Shown here: one piece after another, positions 39,471-47,847 of the stretch | How positions within the stretch are numbered: position 1 is the first letter of the stretch | Layout: each line of letters starts with the position of its first letter | Assembly: GCA_023418915.1 (NCBI GenBank) | Contig: JAEZYU010000037.1 | Span: 14,349-78,348 of the forward strand | Direction of reading: 5' to 3' | Length of the DNA stretch: 64,000 bases | From: Bacillota bacterium | Lineage (GTDB): Bacteria; Bacillota; Clostridia; Acetivibrionales; DTU013 | The notes under the pieces: model-generated | Seen by the model: only the letters and a program-made list of their open reading frames with translations | The model's database searches: none | What the model was told of the DNA's origin: nothing | Translations under genes and position numbers: made by a program

Positions 39471-39647
39471 CTAGTCGACCAGGTCGTCCATAATGATGCA
39501 GCCTTGCGAAAACTCGGCAGAACAGGCCTCCTCATTTGGAATCGTATACACTTCGTCGTTATTCTTCACGTTGTTATTCTTCGCATCATTTCCTTTAGTC
39601 AGATCAACGCCATTTGGGCTCAAATTATGCATTTCCTTCTTATTCAT
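39471..39647 (-). CDS. Small hypothetical protein (58 aa), below the ORF-track cutoff
   Basis: Manual translation gives MNKKEMHNLSPNGVDLTKGNDAKNNNVKNNDEVYTIPNEEACSAEFSQGCIIMDDLVD. The RBS GAAGGGGTG lies 5 nt upstream. The GCCGCC-tttaga-GGCGGC hairpin (39441-39458) follows the stop. Confidence 0.35.
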   Translation of the reverse strand: MNKKEMHNLSPNGVDLTKGNDAKNNNVKNNDEVYTIPNEEACSAEFSQGCIIMDDLVD

Positions 39648-39765
39648 AGCTACACCCCTTCATACTGGATTCTTTCTGATAATGGTAAGCAGCGATTCTT
39701 TAGCCGCTTTACACTATTTTCTGATTTAGTATATAGTTACCCTCACTGTGCCTCACTAAACATCT

Positions 39766-40002
39766 GATTCGCTGGCACACAGGGGTCAGGCTTGAAAAAT
39801 GTTATAATTTTCAATTAATGGGGTACTTTTTAGGCAATAACCTCGATTTTTTCAATGAATTGTATACATAATTCATTGTTTTGCTGTATTATAGCGGTTA
39901 TTAAGCATAAAAGCTATCCCATTACTTGCATTTTTAAACATAAATAGAGTGAAACATATTATGTTTACCATCCTATACTTAATTACGATTTACATAGGAA
40001 TC
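39766..40002. repeat. Direct repeat copy A (about 236 bp), paired with 49041-49275
   Basis: Manual alignment shows roughly 85-90% identity across the full length in the same orientation, for example CCCATTACTTGCATTTTTA.ACATAAATAGAGTGAAACATATTATGTTTAC. Confidence 0.9.
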
Positions 40003-40125
40003 AGAAACAGTTTGTAAGACGTACACGACACCACTCCCAGTTTTAACAATGTATAACAAAAGGAGCTTTATAAAAGCTCCCTGATGCTTGCTGCAGTGTA
40101 ATATCTACATTATTTTACTTTACAT

Positions 40126-40425
40126 TTATGATTTGCCGCCTTTAATGACTCTAATCTCAACTTCCTGTTTATCAACCTTTGTAGAAATATCATTCACAAT
40201 TTTCTTAACAGCCGCTAACTCTTCATAAGTCTGATTATAACCATCATACAATGCGCGTATGTCTCTTTTTATATCGTTTTCTATCAGCAATTCAACTTTA
40301 TCAAGTCTGTTCTCTACACCGCCAAGTCTGTTCTCTACACTGCCAAGTCTGTTCTCTACACCGTCGAACCGGCCTGAAAACTCACTGTACATTTTGGTCA
40401 ACAGTTCAAATGTTTTATCTTCCAT
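40126..40425 (-). CDS. Small coiled-coil protein with heptad VENRLG[SG] repeats, function unknown
   Basis: The start is taken at M15 (MEDKTFELLTKMYSEF), behind AAGGGTG. There is no TM segment. It contains three tandem 7 aa repeats. Confidence 0.6.
   Translation of the reverse strand: MEDKTFELLTKMYSEFSGRFDGVENRLGSVENRLGGVENRLDKVELLIENDIKRDIRALYDGYNQTYEELAAVKKIVNDISTKVDKQEVEIRVIKGGKS
40302..40364. repeat. In-frame 21 bp x 3 tandem repeat (CAAGTCTGTTCTCTACACCGC)
   Basis: The copies lie at 40302-40322, 40323-40343 and 40344-40364, with one substitution each. Confidence 0.9.
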
Positions 40426-40600
40426 ATCAACACACCCTTTGCTCTGCTCGTCCTGCCCTATAATCATATCAAAACAGTGTTCATATTTCTATAGGTAAGA
40501 AGTATTATTATAACGCATCGTTCAAAGAAAGATTTTCGATTGTAGAAAATTTTTCTTACCTCTGTGCGTTTCAACGAGGCGAGAAATATGCTCGCATAGC

Positions 40601-40624
40601 TATCTTTCGATTAATCGAAAGATA
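40601..40624. promoter_or_regulatory. Perfect 24 bp palindrome TATCTTTCGATT|AATCGAAAGATA (candidate operator)
   Basis: It is exactly self-complementary. It lies in the 430 bp gap between the SMC-like gene stop and the 99 aa gene start. A related half-site, GATTTTCGATTG, lies at about 40530-40541. Confidence 0.4.
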
Positions 40625-40897
40625 ATATCTTAAAGGCAATCGGTACCCTCCACCAAGCGTTTTTCAGCCTGAAGGCTGAAAAGACATAAAGAGGTAGGGG
40701 ACATCATTCCTCGTTATATATACATTTTGATTATATATTATTTCCCGGACACGAACAATCGTTCTGTTACGGACAGAATAATGGTGGTTTGGTATCCACT
40801 GTCGCACTAGTTAATATATGAAAGAGATGTACCTTACCAAATAGCTGTCCATTAGTATGTCTTGATGTTATCAAAGTATGCCCAGACAGCCATTTTC

Positions 40898-43800
40898 TCA
40901 CATCTCAAAAAGACTAACCTGCTCAACCTTGCCGTACAGGCTGGCGGTTTCCAGCTTTTCATCCTGCTTCATTTCTCTTTGCATGATAGGTTCGAGCTCA
41001 ATGAAGTCCTCCTGCATCATACTCTGCCGGATCTTGATCATGTATATCAGGTCAAAGCTGTTTAAAACAGTGCCCTGCTTGATATCGGACAGGCATATCA
41101 GCTGCGTATTGTATTTTTGAGCAATATCGAACATAGGCTTGAGCAGGTGGCCGGAGGTAATAGGGCCAAAGGGGTTATCCATTATGAGCACCTTGCTCTC
41201 TTCCCGTCTTTTAAACTCATCATAACCCTTTATCTGTTTTCTGCTGTATGAAATCAATGCAACCAGCAAAGAGAAATACGCAATAAATTTCTCTCCTCCC
41301 GAGTTCTTTACTATAATATCCTCCCAAACCATCATGCCCCTGTTCTTCTCATTCAGGTCCACCTTATACGCCTTGATCCTGCAGTTTTCAAGGCTGCTTA
41401 CAATGTTCAGCAGCTCTTTTGTTGCCATATATTTCTCTATTTCACGCCTTAGCTTGTTGTCATCCTCGTTAACTTTGATCAGCCTTGTAATGCTTTCCAG
41501 GCTGTCGTCAATATAAAAATCCATCCTTTTGCGTGCTTCGGCCTCATCGGTCATTTTATCATATTCGATCTCAAGCACCTTTCTTCTTACGCCATCGATT
41601 TCAACGGCAGAATTCTCAGATATCTTCGGTATCTCGTGATATATCCTGCACGCCTCCACAAAAGCATGCTCCGTCAGGTCTCTGCGGCTGTTCTCGAGCT
41701 GCTGTATCTTGCTTTCCATTATTTTAAGAATGTTTGAAAGCTGCTCAAAGTAATAATCCATCCGCTCGGTCAAATAGTAATACTTGTCGTAAGTACGGTC
41801 AAGCAGATCAAGCTGGCTCTTAAGACCCTTGACAGCATCGGTGACTGTCCCCTCTTCGCTTCTGGAATAATTCATTATATACTGTGAACTGGCTATTTTA
41901 AATGTACTTATTGATTCATTCACTATCACTCTGCACCTAATAAACTCACTAAGCATTGACTCTATGGAGTCCTTAACATCGGCAAATTCCTTAATCTCAG
42001 CATCTACAATATACTGCTCTATATCTTTAATTTGATTCTCGATTGTGGTTTTCAGTCTCAGAAGCCCCATTTGCTCATTATGAAATCTATTTTTGTTCTC
42101 GTTCAATCTCTTTCTTTCGCTCAGGACATCTTCACTTCTTCTGGAAAAGTCCCCTCTGATTTCTTCCTTGGGTACTGCCGGTCTGCCTTTTAAAGCCGCT
42201 GTGGCATTTTTTAGAGTCCCATTTAGTGTGCCTTGTTCTATCCGGATATTGTTCTTCTTATTCTCCAGCCCTTTTAGATCCTTTTCAAGCTGACTTCTCC
42301 AAGACTCCAGTTCTGCTTCCAGACTTTCAGAATATACAATATTTTTATACTCTTCAGTTTCCAGCTTGAACATGCGTATATCCTTTTCATCATCCTTGAT
42401 GCCTCTCTGGAGCTCATTGATCCGCTCTTCGAGTTCGGCTGCCTCATTGTTCTGCTCTCTTCGGCAGGCATTAAGCCGGCCCTCAAGTTCAAGTATATCG
42501 GTGGCAGCTATCGGTTTGCACGAAGCGGCAGCTAAAGCCCTATCACTCTCATCGCCCATAGATGCATCCTCCACCACAGCATCTGCCACCTCAATGAGCT
42601 TATCCTTCATTTTCGCCAGCCTTCTCGTAATTTCATCCTTCCTGCTCAGCAGTTCCTTCTCACTATCTCTGTACCTTGCAATATCGTTATTAAGCTTCTT
42701 CAGGGATGTCTCCACGTCATTTATTCGTAGTCTGATATTGCTGCGTTTTTGGATGTTCTCCATATATATCAAATCGTCTGCAAGGTACTCTTTGAATCTG
42801 CCTATTCTTTTTTCAGCAGCCCCGACAGCATCCTTGGCTTCCTCTATCTTATCTATATTCGTCCGCAGCTTTTCCTCAGCCTCACTCAAATGGGCCTGAT
42901 TTGCCTGAATATCTCCGTTGTTAGCTTCTATCCGGGCTTTGACACCATTCTTTTCCTGTTGAAGCTCCAGTACTTCCTCCTCACTCCAGCCAAAATCCAG
43001 TATTATCTGATAGTCATGATTAAGTCTTTCTACAACCTCGTTGGCTGCTTCAAGCTCAAGTATCCGTTTGCTTTTTTCATTAATGATTGTATCAATAAAG
43101 CTCGACAGATCCCCGTTATCCAGAGCGATGTTCTTCGATGAAGTAATAAATTGAACACTGTCAAATTCAGTCTCCATCATATTGTCTCTTTGATTGTGCC
43201 TGATAACAGGTACTACCTGGCTCAGCTCAATTCCTTCAATAAGTCCTTCAATAATTTCCGCTTCCTTATCAGTGACCAACAACGCATAAGGCAGCATTGG
43301 ATTGCTCTCAAGCATTCTTTTCCTGGCCTGGTCATCTATTTCTCTTAAATACTTTTCACCGGTATAGCAGGGAAGGTTATGCTTTTCCAAAAGCGTTACA
43401 AAAGCAGCGGGAAGATAGCTGACCCCGTTTTCTATACCATGGATTTGCTTCTCCAACTCGCTTATCTCCATTTTCAATGCGTACACCTTATTTTCCCAAT
43501 CACTCAGGTATAACCTGGCTTCTTTTGCTATGAAGGGCTTGTCATAAAGGAATTCTTCCTTTATATCGATCCTCCTGAGTGCTTCTTGCACCTTCTCCCT
43601 TTCACGCTCAAAGCTCTCTATCCTGTTGTCAATGCTCGTCTCTTCTACCCTCAGTTCGGTGTTTTTTTGATTTAATTCGGCATCAGAGCATTTCAATTCA
43701 TCGATAATCAGCTTAAGTTTTTCAGCAAATTCGACTCTTTCAGCCAACATCTGCTTGCCTTGTATGAGTACGTCAGACAGCATTTTTTCGGTGTTTGACA

Positions 43801-45355
43801 CTTCCTGTCTGTCAAGCTCACAAAGCAACGGATTTCTGACCAGCTTCAGCTTCAGCTCTTGAAGAACCGCTTTCTCCCTGGCCTCGAAGCTTATGATATC
43901 CCGTTCCGCACCGCCAAGTTCAATGTTGAGCTCGTTGATTCGCCTATTTCCTGCCTTCATTTCAGATTCATTGCTCTGAATTCCTTCACGTACAGCTTTT
44001 AGCTCGGATTCCATCTCGCCGTTTTCCTTGCATAAGCTCTGGATCCGGTCCTCGTACGCAAGCTTCAGAGAAAACTTGATGCTGTTCAGTTTTTTTAGAA
44101 GCTCCTCCTGGTCCTTGGTCGCATTGTCAAGACGCTGCTGCATTTCGGCAATGGACTTCTTCTTTTCCAGTATCCTGCCATACTTTTCAGCCGCCCTTTG
44201 CAGATCCCTTCTAAATACCACCTCTGCAAGCCGCTCGTTTTGTTTATCTATCTCAGCCGCCGCTTCAGCGAGCCTTACTTCGATTTCGCCTAGCTCCTGA
44301 GTATATTTGTATACTTCATAAGACCTTTCCTCATGAGCAATATCCTCCAGCTCGACATCCAACTGCTGTAACCGTTTTTCGGTATTTCCAAGCTCTGCAG
44401 AAAGCTTGTCCTCCTCTATCTTCAGTGCCCTATATCCGCCGAGTATCTCTTTTTTCAGCTGCTCTTCTTCGTCTAGTCTGGTCAAAACTATTTTCGCTGA
44501 CTCATACAAAGCGCCAAGCTCATTCTTGAACTCACCTATGGCTCTGTGCTCCCTGATATATTTCTCATTGTCAACTAGGGACTGCGCCACCTGTCCCATC
44601 ATTATCTCCAGCTTTTTGTGATCTGTCGTGCCCGAATCAGACGATTTATTCAAAACCTTTTCAATATATTTGATGATCCATTGCTCCATCACCCGTCTGG
44701 AGGTCTTGCACTCTGAAAACACTTCGGAAACACCGTGCTCGGCTTCATTTATGCTGACGATCAATTCCTTCCATTCATCCTTTGAAATGTTATAGCTGCC
44801 AAGCTTGCTTTCATAACGGCTCTGATCCTCCCTTGCCGAATCGAACACAGCCAGCCCCGAGCCGTTTCTGCCGGTTTCCTTTTGCAGAAGCTTCCTGAAC
44901 TCGTGGTATTTTGCTATGCTGACACTATTTCCAGAACGATCGGAAACCGGGATGTTTTTTATATCATAAGCATTTCCTTCGCTGTATGCATTAACAAAGG
45001 TGAAATACCTTATATCAAAGCTTTCATCCTCCTCTCCCGGAGAATGGCTTGTCCTGTTGGAAACCGCAATGCCTGTAAGAAGATACCCTGCCTCATCATC
45101 GAGCTTCCACTCGAGCATTATATATGAAGGAGTTGCTTTAGATGCAAAAAAGTCTCTGAACTTTCTGTTGAACAATGTCAGTTTAGGCAGCACAGGCTGC
45201 AGCATAGCCTGTACAATAACGGACTTGCCTCCTCCGTTAGCCAGACTGAGCAGGGCATTTTCACCGCCATAGAAATCAAAAAGCTCATCAATAATGTGTC
45301 GTCTATTGTTGTTATATGAAAAATTGACAATCCTGACTCTGTTGATCTTAGGCAT
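40898..45355 (-). CDS. SMC/Rad50-type ABC ATPase with very long coiled coil (JetC/MksB-like)
   Basis: The start is taken at M11 (MPKINRVRIVNFSY), 1 nt after the upstream stop. Walker A is LANGGGKSVIVQAML. A coiled coil rich in E/K/L/R spans roughly 1000 aa. The ABC signature is NSGGEKFIAYF and Walker B is VLIMDNPFGPITS. Confidence 0.8.
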   Translation of the reverse strand: MPKINRVRIVNFSYNNNRRHIIDELFDFYGGENALLSLANGGGKSVIVQAMLQPVLPKLTLFNRKFRDFFASKATPSYIMLEWKLDDEAGYLLTGIAVSNRTSHSPGEEDESFDIRYFTFVNAYSEGNAYDIKNIPVSDRSGNSVSIAKYHEFRKLLQKETGRNGSGLAVFDSAREDQSRYESKLGSYNISKDEWKELIVSINEAEHGVSEVFSECKTSRRVMEQWIIKYIEKVLNKSSDSGTTDHKKLEIMMGQVAQSLVDNEKYIREHRAIGEFKNELGALYESAKIVLTRLDEEEQLKKEILGGYRALKIEEDKLSAELGNTEKRLQQLDVELEDIAHEERSYEVYKYTQELGEIEVRLAEAAAEIDKQNERLAEVVFRRDLQRAAEKYGRILEKKKSIAEMQQRLDNATKDQEELLKKLNSIKFSLKLAYEDRIQSLCKENGEMESELKAVREGIQSNESEMKAGNRRINELNIELGGAERDIISFEAREKAVLQELKLKLVRNPLLCELDRQEVSNTEKMLSDVLIQGKQMLAERVEFAEKLKLIIDELKCSDAELNQKNTELRVEETSIDNRIESFEREREKVQEALRRIDIKEEFLYDKPFIAKEARLYLSDWENKVYALKMEISELEKQIHGIENGVSYLPAAFVTLLEKHNLPCYTGEKYLREIDDQARKRMLESNPMLPYALLVTDKEAEIIEGLIEGIELSQVVPVIRHNQRDNMMETEFDSVQFITSSKNIALDNGDLSSFIDTIINEKSKRILELEAANEVVERLNHDYQIILDFGWSEEEVLELQQEKNGVKARIEANNGDIQANQAHLSEAEEKLRTNIDKIEEAKDAVGAAEKRIGRFKEYLADDLIYMENIQKRSNIRLRINDVETSLKKLNNDIARYRDSEKELLSRKDEITRRLAKMKDKLIEVADAVVEDASMGDESDRALAAASCKPIAATDILELEGRLNACRREQNNEAAELEERINELQRGIKDDEKDIRMFKLETEEYKNIVYSESLEAELESWRSQLEKDLKGLENKKNNIRIEQGTLNGTLKNATAALKGRPAVPKEEIRGDFSRRSEDVLSERKRLNENKNRFHNEQMGLLRLKTTIENQIKDIEQYIVDAEIKEFADVKDSIESMLSEFIRCRVIVNESISTFKIASSQYIMNYSRSEEGTVTDAVKGLKSQLDLLDRTYDKYYYLTERMDYYFEQLSNILKIMESKIQQLENSRRDLTEHAFVEACRIYHEIPKISENSAVEIDGVRRKVLEIEYDKMTDEAEARKRMDFYIDDSLESITRLIKVNEDDNKLRREIEKYMATKELLNIVSSLENCRIKAYKVDLNEKNRGMMVWEDIIVKNSGGEKFIAYFSLLVALISYSRKQIKGYDEFKRREESKVLIMDNPFGPITSGHLLKPMFDIAQKYNTQLICLSDIKQGTVLNSFDLIYMIKIRQSMMQEDFIELEPIMQREMKQDEKLETASLYGKVEQVSLFEM

Positions 45356-45356
45356 C

Positions 45357-46049
45357 CTACAGCTCACCTCTCTCAAAGGCTTCATTTATTTGCTTCACCC
45401 GGTCTGCGCTCAGGTAATACTGCCTCATGAGCACATCCAGCTTTCTCGTTGTCCTGATCTGATTCTCCACAATATATGCCAGCCTATGCTCCTCCAAAAT
45501 CTTCACGACATTCTCAATCACCCTGAGCTTCGTCCTTCTTTTCGATTCGTGATCCACCAGCATATTGAGCCATATTTCCACACAAGATGCAAGGTTGATG
45601 CCGTACTCTGCCTCGAGACGGTCCACCTCTTCTTTCTCCATGCTGCTGATCCTCTCAAGCCTCTCATCAAGGTCGTTTACAAGGTGCCCAAGCTGGATAA
45701 AATCAGTCCTTTTGGGGTCCTTGTTCTTACCATTATAAAACTCATACAGAATAAACATCATAATATAGTATGACAGGTAAACATCCTTGTTTGTCGCACT
45801 GCTGCCGAAATAACGCCTGATCTCGCCGGGCTGCACGCCAATGATCTGGCTGTTGATATTGGGCACAAGATAAACGGTTTCATCGAAATTCAGGAATCTG
45901 CATTCAAACTCCTCTTCAAAATGGGACAGCACCTCTTGAACCTCCGTCTCAAGATATTCGCTGTACAAAAAGGTCTGCTCCCTTCTGTTGAATTCGCCCT
46001 GCGATAAAAGCAGCTTGAATATTTTGATCGCCGAAATAACATGCTCCAT
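45357..46049 (-). CDS. 230 aa protein in the position and size of a KITE subunit (JetB/MksE-like candidate)
   Basis: Its ATG overlaps the upstream TAA (TAATG at 46047-46051). The N-terminal LLLSQGEFNRREQTFLYSEYLETEVQEVLSHFEEEFECRFLNFDETVYLVP resembles my recollection of the DUF4194 pattern. This is unverified. Confidence 0.5.
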   Translation of the reverse strand: MEHVISAIKIFKLLLSQGEFNRREQTFLYSEYLETEVQEVLSHFEEEFECRFLNFDETVYLVPNINSQIIGVQPGEIRRYFGSSATNKDVYLSYYIMMFILYEFYNGKNKDPKRTDFIQLGHLVNDLDERLERISSMEKEEVDRLEAEYGINLASCVEIWLNMLVDHESKRRTKLRVIENVVKILEEHRLAYIVENQIRTTRKLDVLMRQYYLSADRVKQINEAFERGEL

Positions 46050-47806
46050 TACATCACCGCCTTAAAAACCAGGTTTGACATTTTGACAGTCTCGATGCTT
46101 TTTGCTTTAACTTCTGTCTCTGTGAAGCCCGCTCCCGTACCTGTGAAGCCCGCTCCGGTCTGTGCAAAATCCTCTTCCGTTCCCGTTCCTGCGGGCTGAT
46201 CAACCGTTCTTTCTATCGTCACTTCGATCTCTTCCCCCGTCTTCTCCACGCGCAGCTCTCTGAGCCTCTCTATGTCATCAATCATATTCTTTACTTTAAC
46301 AAGACAATACTCTATGTTGAATTCCTCAGACGGCTGCATGATTACACGGCCTGAACCTCTATAAAAACTCGAAACATTTACTGTGCCAATATCATAAAGC
46401 TTCAATGCTACGAGGAATATACACCTGTCTCTGACAATTTCATCATATAGCGACGGGTTGCCTTCTCTGGTTTTGTTTATAATTTCGCTCAAGCTGACCT
46501 CGCCTGTCTGCATCACGCCGGTCTGCTTCTCCTCAGTGGTCTGCTTCTCCTCACCGGTTTCCACACCCTCTGCAGCTTTCATTGCCTCTGAGATTATCAG
46601 CGCCACCGAAACATCATAGCGCTCTCCTACCCTTTTGATCCTTGCTCTTTCAGCTGAATCATCAAACTCATCGACGCTCACTGTATGAGGGTTCTGTTCC
46701 GAACTATCCTTGATTATTGCCTGTGAGGCATATACGTCGCCTATTCCCAGCACACTCTTCCTGGCAGGCAGAAACAGCGGCTTTAACAGGTCCAGGCAAT
46801 TGTCCAGAACTTGTGTGCACCCTTCAAGATTGCTCAGGATGACCTCCTCGAAATCATAACGTTTTTCAAAGCTGAATTCAAAAGACCTTTTGATGGTATC
46901 CATATAAAGATCGGACAAGCTTGTCCTGTTTATGATGAGATCCCTTTGCTCAGATATCACTAGTCCTATATTGTGATGTATCTCCATGATCTCTGCACGG
47001 GCTTTCGACAGCTTCTGGTCAAAATCCCTGCCGGATGCGGTCTCTTCCTTTATTCTCTCCTGTGCCATATGGATCATTTTCTGGATTTCATCCATTGTGT
47101 CATACTCTTCGGTCAGCATCGAATATGTGCTTTTCATCAACGTCTCGTACTGCTCTATATCAACGCTGTGAATATTTTGTCTGATAGAAAGGATAAAACT
47201 CTCAAGATCCTTCTTTTTCTGACGCACCATCTTAATCAGTTCATAACTCTGCCTGACTGCGCTGGAGAACTTCTTTCGTTTAATGTATTCCTTAAGCTTG
47301 AGCTGCTCAATGGTCAACTGTATCTCCTCGTCGACCTCTTTCATTCGAAACAGGAATTCATACCCCTGGTTGGTTAACATATACACGATTCTGCGATCAT
47401 TATTTTCATCAATTATTTTATCATTGACAAGCCTGATGGTTATCTCTTCAACCGCTCTCTTTGTATAATTCACAAGGGGGTAAGCACATCTGGATCCGTT
47501 ATTTTGCAGTATGTCTTTAATGATGTAGCCCGCAATATCCCTGACTTGGCTCTGGTTAAAGGCTTTTGAATAGTATTCCCTTGTCAGCTGATCAAGAAAG
47601 TCTTCAATATGGTGCATTTCGCACTCGTTATTCTCCTCAAGGGTCTTCTCCATAATGAAAAGCAGCACTGAAATGATGATGTTTGTCATCTCATTTTCTT
47701 CGAAAAGGTTCTCCAGCTCTGTGTTTTTTCCCTTTCTGTTTATAATGGAATTAGCGATGCCTATCCATTCCATTCTTTTTTCGAAATTCTCCAAAAAATC
47801 AAACAT
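46049..47806 (-). CDS. 585 aa protein in the position of a kleisin-like subunit (JetA/MksF-like candidate)
   Basis: It has a helical N-terminal domain, a central coiled segment, and a C-terminal region with short in-frame repeats (GEEKQT/TEEKQT and TGAGFTG/TGAGFTE). I recognise no enzymatic motif. The assignment rests on operon context only. Confidence 0.4.
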   Translation of the reverse strand: MFDFLENFEKRMEWIGIANSIINRKGKNTELENLFEENEMTNIIISVLLFIMEKTLEENNECEMHHIEDFLDQLTREYYSKAFNQSQVRDIAGYIIKDILQNNGSRCAYPLVNYTKRAVEEITIRLVNDKIIDENNDRRIVYMLTNQGYEFLFRMKEVDEEIQLTIEQLKLKEYIKRKKFSSAVRQSYELIKMVRQKKKDLESFILSIRQNIHSVDIEQYETLMKSTYSMLTEEYDTMDEIQKMIHMAQERIKEETASGRDFDQKLSKARAEIMEIHHNIGLVISEQRDLIINRTSLSDLYMDTIKRSFEFSFEKRYDFEEVILSNLEGCTQVLDNCLDLLKPLFLPARKSVLGIGDVYASQAIIKDSSEQNPHTVSVDEFDDSAERARIKRVGERYDVSVALIISEAMKAAEGVETGEEKQTTEEKQTGVMQTGEVSLSEIINKTREGNPSLYDEIVRDRCIFLVALKLYDIGTVNVSSFYRGSGRVIMQPSEEFNIEYCLVKVKNMIDDIERLRELRVEKTGEEIEVTIERTVDQPAGTGTEEDFAQTGAGFTGTGAGFTETEVKAKSIETVKMSNLVFKAVM

Positions 47807-47847
47807 ACTCTACCTCACTGTAATGGAGCATCTGCCGCTGGTGCTAA

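Noticed and set aside
40302-40364. The possibility that the regularly spaced tandem repeats (here, at 38962-39105 and at 31304-31340) form a CRISPR array.
   Set aside because: The repeats are directly adjacent with no spacers. Two sets are in frame inside coding genes, the third has only two copies, and no cas genes are present.
40658-40686. The hairpin TTTTCAGCC-tgaa-GGCTGAAAA as a terminator for the SMC operon.
   Set aside because: The T/A runs are part of the stem. On neither strand is the stem followed by a U-tract, so I do not call it a rho-independent terminator.
41334-44621. Many plus-strand ORFs inside the SMC-like gene, for example 42366-42899 (177 aa), 42749-43141, 44028-44300 and 44406-44621. 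All are rich in S/L/F.
   Set aside because: They are antisense shadows of a coiled-coil gene rich in E/K/L codons. They are low-complexity, lack RBSs and overlap a gene with clear ATPase motifs.
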